Of a DNA stretch of 64,000 nucleotides, positions 9,588-20,221 are shown piece after piece. The stretch is from Bacillota bacterium (GTDB lineage Bacteria; Bacillota_I; Bacilli_A; RF39; UBA660). Location of the stretch: contig SVAN01000002.1 in NCBI GenBank assembly GCA_015059375.1, forward strand, positions 27,328-91,327, given 5' to 3'. The notes under the pieces are model-generated. The model was given only the letters and a program-made list of their open reading frames with translations, made no database searches and had not been told where the DNA came from. The translations under genes and the position numbers were made by a program. Position 1 is the stretch's first letter, and each line of letters begins with the position of its first letter.

Positions 9588-10544
9588 ATGCTTAATATTA
9601 TGACAAAATTATTTTTAATAAAAAATTTTCACACTTTTCAGGGAGAGAAAAAGCTAAAAAAAACTAAAAAATATTTTGAAGGATGGTACTATAAAATTTC
9701 AAGTTCATTATTTGATATAGCATTTATACCAGGCATTAATATTACAAAAAAAATACCAAATGCCTTTATTCAAGTAATTACCAATAAAGAATCTTATTTT
9801 ATTAAATATGATATTGAAAACTTTGAATATCGATTAAATCCATTTTATATAAAAATCGGTAATAATATTTTTACTGAGGATTATATTCATGTCGATATAA
9901 AAAATAAATCACTAAAAATTTTTGGGAATGTAGATTTTTCAAATTCACAAAAAATAAAAGTTTCAATAATCAACCCAAGTATTATGGGCCCATTTTCTTA
10001 CCTTTCATTTTTAGAATGTAATCACGATATATTATCAATGAAGTCTTTAGCAAATGGTACAATCAAAATAAACAATAAACAAATAAGTCTAAAAGATAAT
10101 ATTGCTTATATTGAAAAGGACTATGGAACATCTTTTCCTAAAAATTATATTTGGTGTCAAGCTAACAACTTTATTAACCCAAAGGTTTCATTTATGTTTT
10201 CGATTGCTCGCATTCCTTTTAAAATATTTGCTTTTACTGGATTAATCTGTTTATTAAAAGTGGATAATGTTGAATATAAATTTACGACCTATAACGGAGC
10301 TAAAATCTTAGAAAGAAAAATTACTAAAGACCACATTAAAATTAAATTAAAAAAAGGAAAAATGATATTAATTGTCAAAATAAATAACTTAGACGGGAAT
10401 AAACTTATTGCCCCATTCAAAGGTAATATGAATAAGGAAATCATTGAAACACTAAATGCAAATACAGAAATAATATTAAAAGAGAATGATATTATCATTT
10501 TTCAGGGGATTAGTCTAAATTCCGGATTAGAAATTGTAACATAA
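9588..10544 (+). CDS. tocopherol-cyclase-like family protein (function unknown in bacteria)
   Basis: N-terminal FEGWYYK signature resembling the tocopherol cyclase family. Otherwise unassigned. Confidence 0.4.
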   Translation: MLNIMTKLFLIKNFHTFQGEKKLKKTKKYFEGWYYKISSSLFDIAFIPGINITKKIPNAFIQVITNKESYFIKYDIENFEYRLNPFYIKIGNNIFTEDYIHVDIKNKSLKIFGNVDFSNSQKIKVSIINPSIMGPFSYLSFLECNHDILSMKSLANGTIKINNKQISLKDNIAYIEKDYGTSFPKNYIWCQANNFINPKVSFMFSIARIPFKIFAFTGLICLLKVDNVEYKFTTYNGAKILERKITKDHIKIKLKKGKMILIVKINNLDGNKLIAPFKGNMNKEIIETLNANTEIILKENDIIIFQGISLNSGLEIVT

Positions 10545-10558
10545 AAAAATTGCCATTT

Positions 10559-11416
10559 CTAGCAATTCTTTAAATATTTTTTTAAATCTTTCATTATTCT
10601 TTTGGCATCTTTAGTTCCTAAGTCATAGACTTCTTGTAACTTATCTGGGTTTCTTTCAATAACTTTTACATTGATAGGTTCAGATGGTCTTATAACAAAA
10701 ATTTTCTTTTTATTTTCCATGTCCATTATTTTTTCAATCGTTTTATTATATTCAACATGACGATTTTTCATTGCTTTAACCAAATTAGGATAATTCTTAT
10801 ATCGCTTTTGGATTAATTTTATTTTTCTTTCTGATAATGGCTCTTTTCGATAATCCAACGGTCTTGTTAAAACAACAATTATTTTTTCATAGCCCAAGCT
10901 TTGGCATTTCTCGATAGGAATACTATCCGAAACTCCACCATCTAAATATTTATGCTTATCAATTTTAACCATTTTAGATACAAGAGGAATTGCCGAAGTC
11001 GCTCTGAGTTTTTCCATTTCTTCTAAAACGTTTTTTATTTCAAAATAATCTGCCTTACCCGTTTCGACATTAGTAGCTGTTACATAATATCCTGTATTGT
11101 TTTTCATAAAAGTATCATTATCAAACAAATCATACTTAGTCGTTACATCATAGAATGCAAATTTTTTACCGATAGCATTTCCAGTAAAAACAAAATTTAA
11201 AAGACTCATGTAGCGACGGTCTTTACAAAATCGTTTATTATATCTAAGAACTCTACCTTTTTGATTTGAATAATAATTTGGACCAAACAAAGCTCCCGCG
11301 GAAACCCCGATTATTCCATCAACATTAATTTTATTATCCATCATAGTATCTAAAACGCCAGCAGTGTACATTCCGCGCATCGCACCGCCTTCTAAAACCA
11401 ATCCTACTTTTGTCAT
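10559..11416 (-). CDS. patatin-like phospholipase
   Basis: GLVLEGGAMRG oxyanion motif, GVSAGA nucleophile elbow and a DGG Asp motif. Confidence 0.85.
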   Translation of the reverse strand: MTKVGLVLEGGAMRGMYTAGVLDTMMDNKINVDGIIGVSAGALFGPNYYSNQKGRVLRYNKRFCKDRRYMSLLNFVFTGNAIGKKFAFYDVTTKYDLFDNDTFMKNNTGYYVTATNVETGKADYFEIKNVLEEMEKLRATSAIPLVSKMVKIDKHKYLDGGVSDSIPIEKCQSLGYEKIIVVLTRPLDYRKEPLSERKIKLIQKRYKNYPNLVKAMKNRHVEYNKTIEKIMDMENKKKIFVIRPSEPINVKVIERNPDKLQEVYDLGTKDAKRIMKDLKKYLKNC

Positions 11417-11434
11417 ATTTCTATCCTTTCACAT

Positions 11435-11905
11435 CTATCTATTTAACGAAAAGCTATTCGACAATTGTTCATATGCTACATTGAAAGCCGCAGTAAAAGA
11501 AGTTTCACGATTGGTTATAAAGCGGTCCCATAGTCCATCATCATTATATAGGATTTCAGGAGTTTGAATATATTTTTCTTCTGCGCTTTCTTCCCAAATT
11601 ATAGCATACCCCTGAATGTTACTAACTAAATTCAAAACACAATGAATTAAATGTTGAATTTCTGTATTATTCATTGACTTTAATAAACTTGAGTCTATCA
11701 TATTAACCATTTCTAAAACGCTTAGTTTTATTATATCATCATATAATAGACATTCACCAGAAAAAAGTTCAATAATCTTTTTAGCTAAATATTCTTTAAG
11801 GGCACAGTCTATAACATACTTTTTATCAGTATTATCAAGATTAATAAAGTTATTTTGAATTAATCGCTCATTCATAAACATATATATATCATTCATTTTA
11901 AACAT
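11435..11905 (-). CDS. hypothetical protein
   Basis: 156 aa ORF co-oriented with neighbours. No recognisable motif. Confidence 0.5.
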   Translation of the reverse strand: MFKMNDIYMFMNERLIQNNFINLDNTDKKYVIDCALKEYLAKKIIELFSGECLLYDDIIKLSVLEMVNMIDSSLLKSMNNTEIQHLIHCVLNLVSNIQGYAIIWEESAEEKYIQTPEILYNDDGLWDRFITNRETSFTAAFNVAYEQLSNSFSLNR

Positions 11906-11986
11906 ATCATTTCCTCCCTAAGCGAAAATAATTATACCACAATTTATTTTTACACTCAAAATTTTTCAATAAAAAAAGGGGGTATC

Positions 11987-13327
11987 TCACTCCCCAATAT
12001 TAGAACTATCAATATAATAAGTATGTAACAAATCCTTAGCTTTTTTACTTAAAGGCTCTTCGAGTAAATCACAATATATTTTTACTATTTCTGGATTCTG
12101 ATGACTAAGACGAATCTTCTTAGAATTATCATTTTTATATAAAGCATTCATTCTCTTTGATTTTATTTCTTTTTCGTTATTAGGCAAGCTTTTAGGTTGG
12201 CCTCCACCTCCGATGCAACCGCCATAACAATTCATTACTTCAATAAAATGATAGGGACATTTTCCTTCATTAATATCATGAAGCAAAGGGATTATAGACG
12301 ATATTTGATTAACAACAGCAGCTTTCAATTGAAATCCTTTAATATTTAAGTTTAGTTCTTTAACATAATCTAATCCTCTTACGGGATTTAATTGTAGTAA
12401 ATCATCTGGAATATTACCATTTGTTAAAATTTTATAAACAGTTCTTACCACCGCTTCGGTTACTCCGCCTGTATTACCAAATATTATTCCTGAGCCTGAG
12501 CCATTACCTAACAAAGTATCAAACTCGCCGTCTTCTAAATTTTTAAAATCTATTTTATTTTTTTGAATTAATTCAATTAACTCAAGCGTAGTAAATACAG
12601 CATCAGTTCCTGGAAGTTCCTTTCTTGTAACTTCATATTTTTTAGAAGTACAAGGCGTTATAGCAACTGTAAAAATGTTATTAGGATTTAAGTTTAATTT
12701 CTGACAAAAATACTCTTTAACAATTGCCCCTTGCATACTTATTGGACTTTTACATGTTGACAAATTGGGTAAAACTTCAGGATAAAAATTTTCCGCATAC
12801 TTTACCCAAGATGGGCAACAGCTTGTAAACATCGGTAAAACATCATTATTTTTTATTCTTTTAACTAATTCAGTAGCTTCTTCAACTACCGTTAAATCGG
12901 CTCCTATTGTTACATCCAATACATAGGAAAAGCCTAATTTTCTTAAAGCAGTTATTAGTTTTCCTTGAGCAAAAGATGCCTTGGGCATATTAAATGCATC
13001 CCCAATTGCAACTCGCACTGCTGGCGCAGTATAAACTATACATATTTTTCCTAACCGAAGAGCATTTGTAAATTTATCAACGTCATTTTTGGGCACTATC
13101 GCTCCAACCGGACAAGCTTGTAAACACTGACCACAGTAAACGCATGCTTTACCATCACAAATATTTTTTATTTTTTGACGTTTCTCACATATTGTTTTAC
13201 ACAACCCACAATCAATACATTTATCTTTGATTCGCATTATCGCAGGATTACTTTCATCAATTGAAACTGCATTATATAATACAATATCATCAGGAATTCT
13301 TTTGTTTTTTAGCATAGTATCACGCAT
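11987..13327 (-). CDS. [FeFe]-hydrogenase catalytic subunit with two N-terminal 4Fe-4S ferredoxin motifs
   Basis: H-cluster motifs TSCCPSW, TPCTSKKYE and MNCYGGCIGGGGQP, plus CIDCGLCKTIC and CVYCGQCLQACP. Confidence 0.9.
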   Translation of the reverse strand: MRDTMLKNKRIPDDIVLYNAVSIDESNPAIMRIKDKCIDCGLCKTICEKRQKIKNICDGKACVYCGQCLQACPVGAIVPKNDVDKFTNALRLGKICIVYTAPAVRVAIGDAFNMPKASFAQGKLITALRKLGFSYVLDVTIGADLTVVEEATELVKRIKNNDVLPMFTSCCPSWVKYAENFYPEVLPNLSTCKSPISMQGAIVKEYFCQKLNLNPNNIFTVAITPCTSKKYEVTRKELPGTDAVFTTLELIELIQKNKIDFKNLEDGEFDTLLGNGSGSGIIFGNTGGVTEAVVRTVYKILTNGNIPDDLLQLNPVRGLDYVKELNLNIKGFQLKAAVVNQISSIIPLLHDINEGKCPYHFIEVMNCYGGCIGGGGQPKSLPNNEKEIKSKRMNALYKNDNSKKIRLSHQNPEIVKIYCDLLEEPLSKKAKDLLHTYYIDSSNIGE

Positions 13328-13364
13328 AACTACACTCCTTTATTCTACAAAAGATATTATATCA

Positions 13365-13943
13365 TTATTTGTCTCCAATTACCATCTTAACAATCGAACT
13401 TAAAAGATAAGCAATTAAAATCATCAAAACTATCCGTACAATAATAATTGGGGAGGTAAAACTCTCTACAATTCCCACACCAATATACCCCCAAAAATAT
13501 ACCATAAAAATCTTACTAATTATGATTGCCCAAAAAAACTTTTGAAATGACATTCCTACAATTCCTGCTGCTATATTAACCATAAATGCCGGAGTAAATG
13601 GCATAGCTAAGACAACAGTTAATGCAGGCAATGATAATCTTTTTACATAATTTAATGATCTATCTAATAATGCAGGCTTAGCCATTCTAGTTTCATACCA
13701 AGTTCGAATTCCCTTTTTCACTAAAAAATATGACAAAAAGCATCCAAGACACGTAAAAATCCAAGAAATAACAAATCCTATAAAGGTACCAAAACTAATA
13801 AAATTAATAGTTATAAATGTACACAAAGGTAATACAGGTACCATCGACTCCAACAATATCAACAAACAGGCAAAAACAGGAGCAAAAAATCCCAAAGAAG
13901 AAATAACTTGTTCAATTGCTTCTGTAATTCCTGCTAACATCAT
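13365..13943 (-). CDS. TVP38/TMEM64 (DedA superfamily) membrane protein
   Basis: Polytopic membrane protein of 192 aa with a VPVLPL-type N-terminal helix. Confidence 0.6.
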   Translation of the reverse strand: MMLAGITEAIEQVISSLGFFAPVFACLLILLESMVPVLPLCTFITINFISFGTFIGFVISWIFTCLGCFLSYFLVKKGIRTWYETRMAKPALLDRSLNYVKRLSLPALTVVLAMPFTPAFMVNIAAGIVGMSFQKFFWAIIISKIFMVYFWGYIGVGIVESFTSPIIIVRIVLMILIAYLLSSIVKMVIGDK

Positions 13944-13988
13944 ATCACCTTATATTTATTATAATACTAAATAAACTTTTTTAATAGT

Positions 13989-14243
13989 TTAATATTTTAC
14001 TTGAACAACATTGTAACCATAAAAAGTTAAAGTCGTTACAACTCTTTTGCTTAATCTGCCTTTTTCACAGATTATATAGTAAGTATCGTCTTTGTTAAGA
14101 AGTCTACTATGGTTCATAATTAATTTATCAGCATAAATATTTATACTTCGTGGATCATGTTTTTTTATATAATCTAGGGGATGTTGAACATCTATTAATT
14201 TACCCATTTTTTCATTATAATTGTTAATATTAATTGTTCTCAT
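13989..14243 (-). CDS. single-domain rhodanese-like protein
   Basis: KLIDVQHPLDY ... active-site loop CEKGRLS ... GYNVVQV. Confidence 0.7.
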   Translation of the reverse strand: MRTININNYNEKMGKLIDVQHPLDYIKKHDPRSINIYADKLIMNHSRLLNKDDTYYIICEKGRLSKRVVTTLTFYGYNVVQVKY

Positions 14244-14245
14244 AT

Positions 14246-14271
14246 AAAAAACCTCATAATAGATTATGAGG
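14246..14271 (-). terminator. rho-independent terminator after the T4CP gene
   Basis: cctcataa-taga-ttatgagg hairpin with a T-run on the minus strand. Confidence 0.55.
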
Positions 14272-14299
14272 TTTACTAGTTATTTGTTATAACCAATGC

Positions 14300-16609
14300 C
14301 TATTCATCAAAGAAATCATCATAAAATTCATCATCAGTAACAATATTTTCATTTATAACCACACTATCTTTATCAACATTGATAATTGGTTTTTGAATAT
14401 CCTCAAGTTTAATCTCTTGAGTTAAATCTAGTTCATCTTCACGATCACTTACTTTTTCATTACTTTCAATTTGTTTAATAGCTGCTTCAATCGATGGTAA
14501 TTCATCAGGGATATTTATCATTGGGGTTTCAACAATCGGTGTAGAAATAGCTTTAGAATCATCTTCTTTAAACGAAGGCAATTCAACAACCCGATCTTCA
14601 AGCTCCATTTCAATTTGTTTAGCTGAAGTGATATTCTTTTTACTTTCAGCCTCTTTTTTAGCTTTAGCTTCTTCTTCGTCAAGTTCCTTCAATTTCTTTT
14701 CAATATCTTTTACTACTTCATCTATATCTTTTGAAGTCATTTGTGAATAAGGATTAGTGCTTGAATTAGCCATTCCCATAGGAGATGAGTTTGGACTTTC
14801 AAATGGATTACGACTATTTTGTAAAAATGGATTAAACCCATTTGCTCCACTTAAAAATGGATTTGCCCCAGGCATCATACTCGGGTTATTTAACGTTTCA
14901 TCTTTCTTTTGTTCCGAAACAAAAGTTTTTAAATCAAATAAGTCAATTGGTCTAGCTTCACGGGTTGGAAGTTTTGCTTTACCAAAATTAACCCCCCAGT
15001 CGATCTTAAAGTCTGGGGTGAATTTAGTTTTGAAAGGATTCTTCCGCCAACGAATAATAATCGCTTCAAACAATTTTAATTTTTGCAAATCAGAAACTGT
15101 AACTAATGGGGTTGACGCAGTTTTATCTTTTTCTTTAGATTTAACTTCACCACACATTTTACTGATTTCTTCTAACGCTTTTAATTCAGTTGATATTAAA
15201 TATATTAAGTTACCACAGTTTCCTTTGATAACTTGTGCAATTTCATCACCATATACATCGTTTAATTGAGCAAAGTTTTGAATAATAAAGGTAAACCTAA
15301 TATCCCTACTTCGGGCCGCTGTTACCATGGAGTCAACATCCTTAAGCGGAGGCATATTTGGAAATTCATCAAGAATAAAATTTGTTCTATGTTCCAATTT
15401 TCCACCATTGGCTTGTGCACAATCAATTAAAGTTTCATAACATTGTTTAACAAAGATTGTCATTAATCCATGATAAGTTTTCTTTTCATCGTGAATAATC
15501 ATAAATACAGCTGTTTTTCGTTTTCCAATATCTCGCATATCAAAATCGCTATACGCAAGCATTTCACTTAATGTTTGACGAGTTGAGAACAACCTTATTT
15601 TTTGTCTAAATGTTGATAAAATACCACCTTTTGTTTCGTTTGGCGCATTAATTGTATTAGAGGCAAATATATATGCAGAAGATTCCTCACCTTTCATATT
15701 AAAATACTCTTTAATATATGGAGTAGTTCCCCGCCGTTCATCACCAACCGTAGACATATAGTTAATACTATTTAAGTTAACTTGCTTTTCTTCGGCATCC
15801 ATAAAAAGGCCAAGAGCTAAGCCCGAAAAATAATCCGCGGCACTCTTTTCCCAAAACGGATCAGCTTTATTTTCTTTACTATAAATAATATTTAAAGCAA
15901 CGTCATCTAGTAATTCTATGCCTTTATCAACATCGCCACTTTTATAATATTGATATGGCAAGCTAAGAGGATTCCAAGCATTCCCCTTTTCCGGTTCACG
16001 AAAATTTAAAATTATGATATTGTAACCTTGACTTTTTAGGTATTCACCGCAGTATTCATATATTTCACCTTTAGGGTCAGTTATAACCATACTTTCCCCT
16101 TTTTTAGCTAGTATATTTACTAATGGTTTAACGACACATTCTGTTTTACCTGAACCAGTTGCTCCAATAACTAAGTTATGATATTCACCATTATCTACCC
16201 AAATTTCATCTCCCTTATTAATAAGAGGAATACCGGCAGCTTCAATATTTTTATCTAACGGCGAAACTTTTGCTATACCTTTATCGGTTTTAATATCCTT
16301 CTCAGATGCCCACTTTGAATATCCGTCACTTGATTTTTCAGTAATATGCAATCCAAAGCCAGGTCCTTTTTCTTTATCAAAAATATAAGATGAAACTTGT
16401 GAAAAAATAAAAATTAATACTGCAATAAATAAACCAAATGTGTATCCTATATATTCAAATGTAAAAGCTTTAAATGGAAGCAATCCGTAAAATGTACCAT
16501 CGTTAGAAAATGAAACAAAATTTAATACTGCAATAGCACAAAAGTACAATAACAAAAAGCAATAAAAGACAAACATCATAAAATCTTTCGGGGTAATTTT
16601 AAATTTCAT
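14300..16609 (-). CDS. type IV coupling protein (VirD4/TraG family) with acidic low-complexity C-terminal tail
   Basis: Two N-terminal TM helices, Walker A VIGATGSGKT and Walker B FILDEFPNM. The C-terminal ~200 aa are P/N/E-rich. Confidence 0.85.
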   Translation of the reverse strand: MKFKITPKDFMMFVFYCFLLLYFCAIAVLNFVSFSNDGTFYGLLPFKAFTFEYIGYTFGLFIAVLIFIFSQVSSYIFDKEKGPGFGLHITEKSSDGYSKWASEKDIKTDKGIAKVSPLDKNIEAAGIPLINKGDEIWVDNGEYHNLVIGATGSGKTECVVKPLVNILAKKGESMVITDPKGEIYEYCGEYLKSQGYNIIILNFREPEKGNAWNPLSLPYQYYKSGDVDKGIELLDDVALNIIYSKENKADPFWEKSAADYFSGLALGLFMDAEEKQVNLNSINYMSTVGDERRGTTPYIKEYFNMKGEESSAYIFASNTINAPNETKGGILSTFRQKIRLFSTRQTLSEMLAYSDFDMRDIGKRKTAVFMIIHDEKKTYHGLMTIFVKQCYETLIDCAQANGGKLEHRTNFILDEFPNMPPLKDVDSMVTAARSRDIRFTFIIQNFAQLNDVYGDEIAQVIKGNCGNLIYLISTELKALEEISKMCGEVKSKEKDKTASTPLVTVSDLQKLKLFEAIIIRWRKNPFKTKFTPDFKIDWGVNFGKAKLPTREARPIDLFDLKTFVSEQKKDETLNNPSMMPGANPFLSGANGFNPFLQNSRNPFESPNSSPMGMANSSTNPYSQMTSKDIDEVVKDIEKKLKELDEEEAKAKKEAESKKNITSAKQIEMELEDRVVELPSFKEDDSKAISTPIVETPMINIPDELPSIEAAIKQIESNEKVSDREDELDLTQEIKLEDIQKPIINVDKDSVVINENIVTDDEFYDDFFDE

Positions 16610-16706
16610 AACTTTGCCTCCTTTAATCTAGACTTATTATACTACAAATGTTGATTTGGTCCAACTAAAATTTCTTATTTAAATAAAAAACCAAGCTTTT
16701 TAAATT

Positions 16707-17684
16707 TTAGCTTGGTAATGTTATTGTAAAATTCATTATCGATTTTTCTACCAAAAGGACTTTCTTTTGATTAGTACTAACAATTGAGTATTTTCGTTTC
16801 CCTTTTTCACCATTTACAGAATAACTTAGCAAATTAGTCGATAAACTACTATAAATGTCTTCTAAATTTATCACAAAATCTTCATAGTCAAAATACCTAC
16901 TTTTAGATTTGGAATCAAGCATTGAATAAGCTTTTTCTGTATTTAAATACAGTAAATTCTTAAAATAATTTAAATAATATATTGCTACATTTTGATCACT
17001 AATATTTTGCTTTTGATATTTGTTATTATTATTGCTTTCAATATTCTTAGATGATATTTTATATTCTTGTGCATAGTTGAATATTGATATATCAGATATT
17101 AAAGGAGTAATACTATAGGTACCATTAGTTTTATCAACTATGACCAAATAATTAATTTCATTTTTTTCTGTTAACATTTCGGAAGCAAAATCATAATTTT
17201 GAACTTCTCCATTTACAAAATAATACAAAATATCATTTATACCTTTAACATATATATACTTACTAATAAAAGAAATATCTTCATAATTTCTTTCCATATA
17301 ATTTTTGATGTTTTTCTTAGTGATTTGATGTTGATTGATATAGGATTTGTCTAATTTATTTAAAATTGCTGTTTTATCATCATCAATCATGCTTTGATAA
17401 TACTCATTGATTAGTGTATTTATTGTAAAATAATCATTATATTCCTTTACGTCCGTTAATGTAATTAATGTTGTACCAGAGTTATTTGTTGAATTAGAGC
17501 CATCAGCTCCGGATGAATTTCCCGGTCTTAAAGTACTGTTATTTAAATGGTTATTTGTTTTATTTGTAGTATTATTTGTGGTTAGTATAGAAGTTCCAGT
17601 AGAAGAAAAATAATAAAATAATAATGATGCAATAATAATGATGATTAAAGCTAATGTAATTATAAAACTTTTATCAGATTTCAT
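16707..17684 (-). CDS. N-terminally anchored T4SS-associated protein of unknown function
   Basis: One N-terminal TM helix, an N/T/S-rich linker and then a globular domain. Embedded in the T4SS operon. Confidence 0.5.
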   Translation of the reverse strand: MKSDKSFIITLALIIIIIASLLFYYFSSTGTSILTTNNTTNKTNNHLNNSTLRPGNSSGADGSNSTNNSGTTLITLTDVKEYNDYFTINTLINEYYQSMIDDDKTAILNKLDKSYINQHQITKKNIKNYMERNYEDISFISKYIYVKGINDILYYFVNGEVQNYDFASEMLTEKNEINYLVIVDKTNGTYSITPLISDISIFNYAQEYKISSKNIESNNNNKYQKQNISDQNVAIYYLNYFKNLLYLNTEKAYSMLDSKSKSRYFDYEDFVINLEDIYSSLSTNLLSYSVNGEKGKRKYSIVSTNQKKVLLVEKSIMNFTITLPS

Positions 17685-17693
17685 TCTATGCTC

Positions 17694-20198
17694 CTATCTA
17701 CATCCATTTTTTACGTAATTTAGATGATTACTTGAATAAGAAGTAGCACGTTTTGTACATGTTACTTCCCGATTGGCTGGTATTTCAAAATACATACAAT
17801 AGTATTTAGCCATATCAAATGCTGAATTATTCGTGAGTAAATAATTATATACTCCTTTATACGACGATTTTAATTCATAATTTAAATATGATAATTGACA
17901 CTTAACAGTAGAATATGAACTACCACAATAACTCTTTAGATTTGAATATCTACCATTATGCCATTGACATAATCCATAGCTTGTACCATTATCACCTACA
18001 GCATCAATCCTAAAACTACTTTCTGCTTGAATATTTGTCATAATTGCAGCTACTGCGTTATCAGAAAAACCACTTTGTTTCAAAGATAAACAAACAGTTT
18101 GAATATTGTTACCACCTTGAGCATACCCACTTGTTATATTAGAGCTTGGTCTAGGATTACTAGCACTAACATATTCTAGTGGGTCAACTTTCTCGTTATT
18201 TACTCGGACTTCAAAGTGCAAATGACACCCAGTTGAGCTTCCGCTAGAGCCCATTAATCCCACCTTTTGGCCTTGATTTACTTTATCTCCAACTTTAACA
18301 GACACCGAATCTTTATACATATGGGCATATACGGAAGATGTTCCATCACCATGATCAATAATTACATAATTACCATATCCACCACCGCAGGAATTACCAT
18401 ATGCACCAACACTTGCACAACCATCATTAGTTTTGGTAACCGTTCCACTACGCGTAGCTACTATTACATTACTATTACAACCATTACTTGCAATATCGAT
18501 ACCTTTGTGAAAGCTTTGAACTCCTTGAATGGTTCGATATCCATATTTACTTGATACATAAGTTACAGTAGGATTTCCTGAATATACTCCATTTATTTCC
18601 TTGCTACCACCAATAGGCCACCAATAGGCTACACTATCTGCATAGGTATAATAGGCGATATAATCTTGTAAATCGTATATTTTAAGTTTTTCATATTCAG
18701 CAGTATATTTAATTTGTTGTTCATAAGATTCGCCTTCGCTTGCTGCATCAATCCACTCATTTTTAAGCTTCTGAGTATAGGCTACATTGCCATAAGTATA
18801 TGCTTCTAATGGTTCATCAACTTTCTTCGGAAGCAAAATTTTATACTTAACTTCTTCATACGCTTCTTCCAATGCTACTTTATCATTATCAGATATTGCG
18901 TCAATTGTTGATAATACTGTACCTTTAAAATCACCATCATAATTCATAGAAACATACGTTTCTAATCCATTGTTTTTTATTAGCTTGCAACCATTATCAA
19001 TATCACAATATGGGATACCTTTATTACCGCTTTTAATATAAATTACTTTATCTGTATAATCATAGTTACCGATAGCTAACGCTAATGATTGTGCAACAAT
19101 AATCTGAGTTTTATATAATTCGACTTTTTCTTTGCTTGATAAGTGCTCTATTTGTCCTTTTAGTTCTAAGTAAGCAAATCCTTTAACAAGGTCTTCTAGC
19201 ATTACAGATTGAAGAAAATAACGATTACTTTCATCTGTATAATTATTTGTTACCATAACTACAGTTTGCGTAAAATCATATTCTTCATCTAAATACCCAT
19301 TAGACTCATCCGCTGTACTTCCTAAGATTATTACCATTATAAGTAAAAATAATAAAAGAAATACTCCACCGCCAACAAATAACCATGGATATTTGTTAAA
19401 AATTCTTTTTAAAAGGGTTTTAGAAAGTTTACTACCCGTTTGAAGGTCAACCGTTCCAGATGTTTTGGTGGTTGTATTTTTATTATCTTTGCCAGAAGGC
19501 AATGATTTAGGAGCTTTTTTTTGAGCTCCTTTTTTCGCAACTTCTTCACCAGCTTTTTTGCCTGCGGCTTTTTGCGCAGCATCGCCGGCAGCTTTTGAAC
19601 CGGCATTACCACCTTGAGAAGCTATAGTATCCACAGTATTAAGAACCGGATCTAACACTCCTTCTTCATCTAAATCAGTAAGTAGACCTTGAGTTTCTTT
19701 AATAGCTGGAGAAACTTTAGACATCTTATCAATACTTTCTGATACTTTATCATATATGGGGTCGGCTACTCCAGAATTATTGACTATACTTGCAGCTTGA
19801 CCGCCAACAGGACCGCCAAAATAAGTTGCAACAGCGTTAACAGCCGATTTTGCTGTTTTTTTTACAGCTTCATTTTCACGTTCCTTACGTGCTTCCTTAG
19901 CCAATTGTCTTTGATCATATGGACTGGCCACATAATGGGTTGGCTCTTCATCATAATATGTCGCCCCATCATCGAAGCTTTCTTCAGCAATAGAAACAGC
20001 ATCCGAAGGCACTGGCTCAGATGATTGCTGAACTGGCATACTAGGTCTGTATTCAGTTAAAGCTTGGCTTGTTGGCTCTGGCCGCTCTTCACTACCAGAA
20101 AAAGCCGCACTTTTCGGCGGCATATTATCTTGTGGATTATTAACTGGTGTCGATTGGCTGTTATTAGAAACAACTTTACCATCCTTATCTGAGTTCAT
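17694..20198 (-). CDS. bifunctional peptidoglycan hydrolase: M23 peptidase plus C-terminal phage-tail-lysozyme-like domain
   Basis: HKGIDIA ... DHGDG ... GCHLHFEV (M23). C-terminal IQAESSF ... YGLCQWHNGRYSNL. A disordered A/K/P-rich N-terminus precedes one TM helix. Confidence 0.85.
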   Translation of the reverse strand: MNSDKDGKVVSNNSQSTPVNNPQDNMPPKSAAFSGSEERPEPTSQALTEYRPSMPVQQSSEPVPSDAVSIAEESFDDGATYYDEEPTHYVASPYDQRQLAKEARKERENEAVKKTAKSAVNAVATYFGGPVGGQAASIVNNSGVADPIYDKVSESIDKMSKVSPAIKETQGLLTDLDEEGVLDPVLNTVDTIASQGGNAGSKAAGDAAQKAAGKKAGEEVAKKGAQKKAPKSLPSGKDNKNTTTKTSGTVDLQTGSKLSKTLLKRIFNKYPWLFVGGGVFLLLFLLIMVIILGSTADESNGYLDEEYDFTQTVVMVTNNYTDESNRYFLQSVMLEDLVKGFAYLELKGQIEHLSSKEKVELYKTQIIVAQSLALAIGNYDYTDKVIYIKSGNKGIPYCDIDNGCKLIKNNGLETYVSMNYDGDFKGTVLSTIDAISDNDKVALEEAYEEVKYKILLPKKVDEPLEAYTYGNVAYTQKLKNEWIDAASEGESYEQQIKYTAEYEKLKIYDLQDYIAYYTYADSVAYWWPIGGSKEINGVYSGNPTVTYVSSKYGYRTIQGVQSFHKGIDIASNGCNSNVIVATRSGTVTKTNDGCASVGAYGNSCGGGYGNYVIIDHGDGTSSVYAHMYKDSVSVKVGDKVNQGQKVGLMGSSGSSTGCHLHFEVRVNNEKVDPLEYVSASNPRPSSNITSGYAQGGNNIQTVCLSLKQSGFSDNAVAAIMTNIQAESSFRIDAVGDNGTSYGLCQWHNGRYSNLKSYCGSSYSTVKCQLSYLNYELKSSYKGVYNYLLTNNSAFDMAKYYCMYFEIPANREVTCTKRATSYSSNHLNYVKNGCR

Positions 20199-20221
20199 AA
20201 CCTTCTCCTTTACTTCTTAAA

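Noticed and set aside
11966-11992. Terminator hairpin overlapping the hydrogenase stop codon
   Set aside because: The stem is only 4-5 G:C pairs with a 9 nt loop, which is too weak to call.
14757-15269. 170 aa plus-strand ORF inside the T4CP gene
   Set aside because: Antisense shadow ORF. The T4CP frame carries Walker motifs and spans the region continuously.
18267-20024. Short plus- and minus-strand ORFs nested in the hydrolase gene (18267-18554, 19409-19612, 19797-20024)
   Set aside because: All lie within or antisense to the 834 aa hydrolase, whose frame has clear M23 and lysozyme-like motifs.
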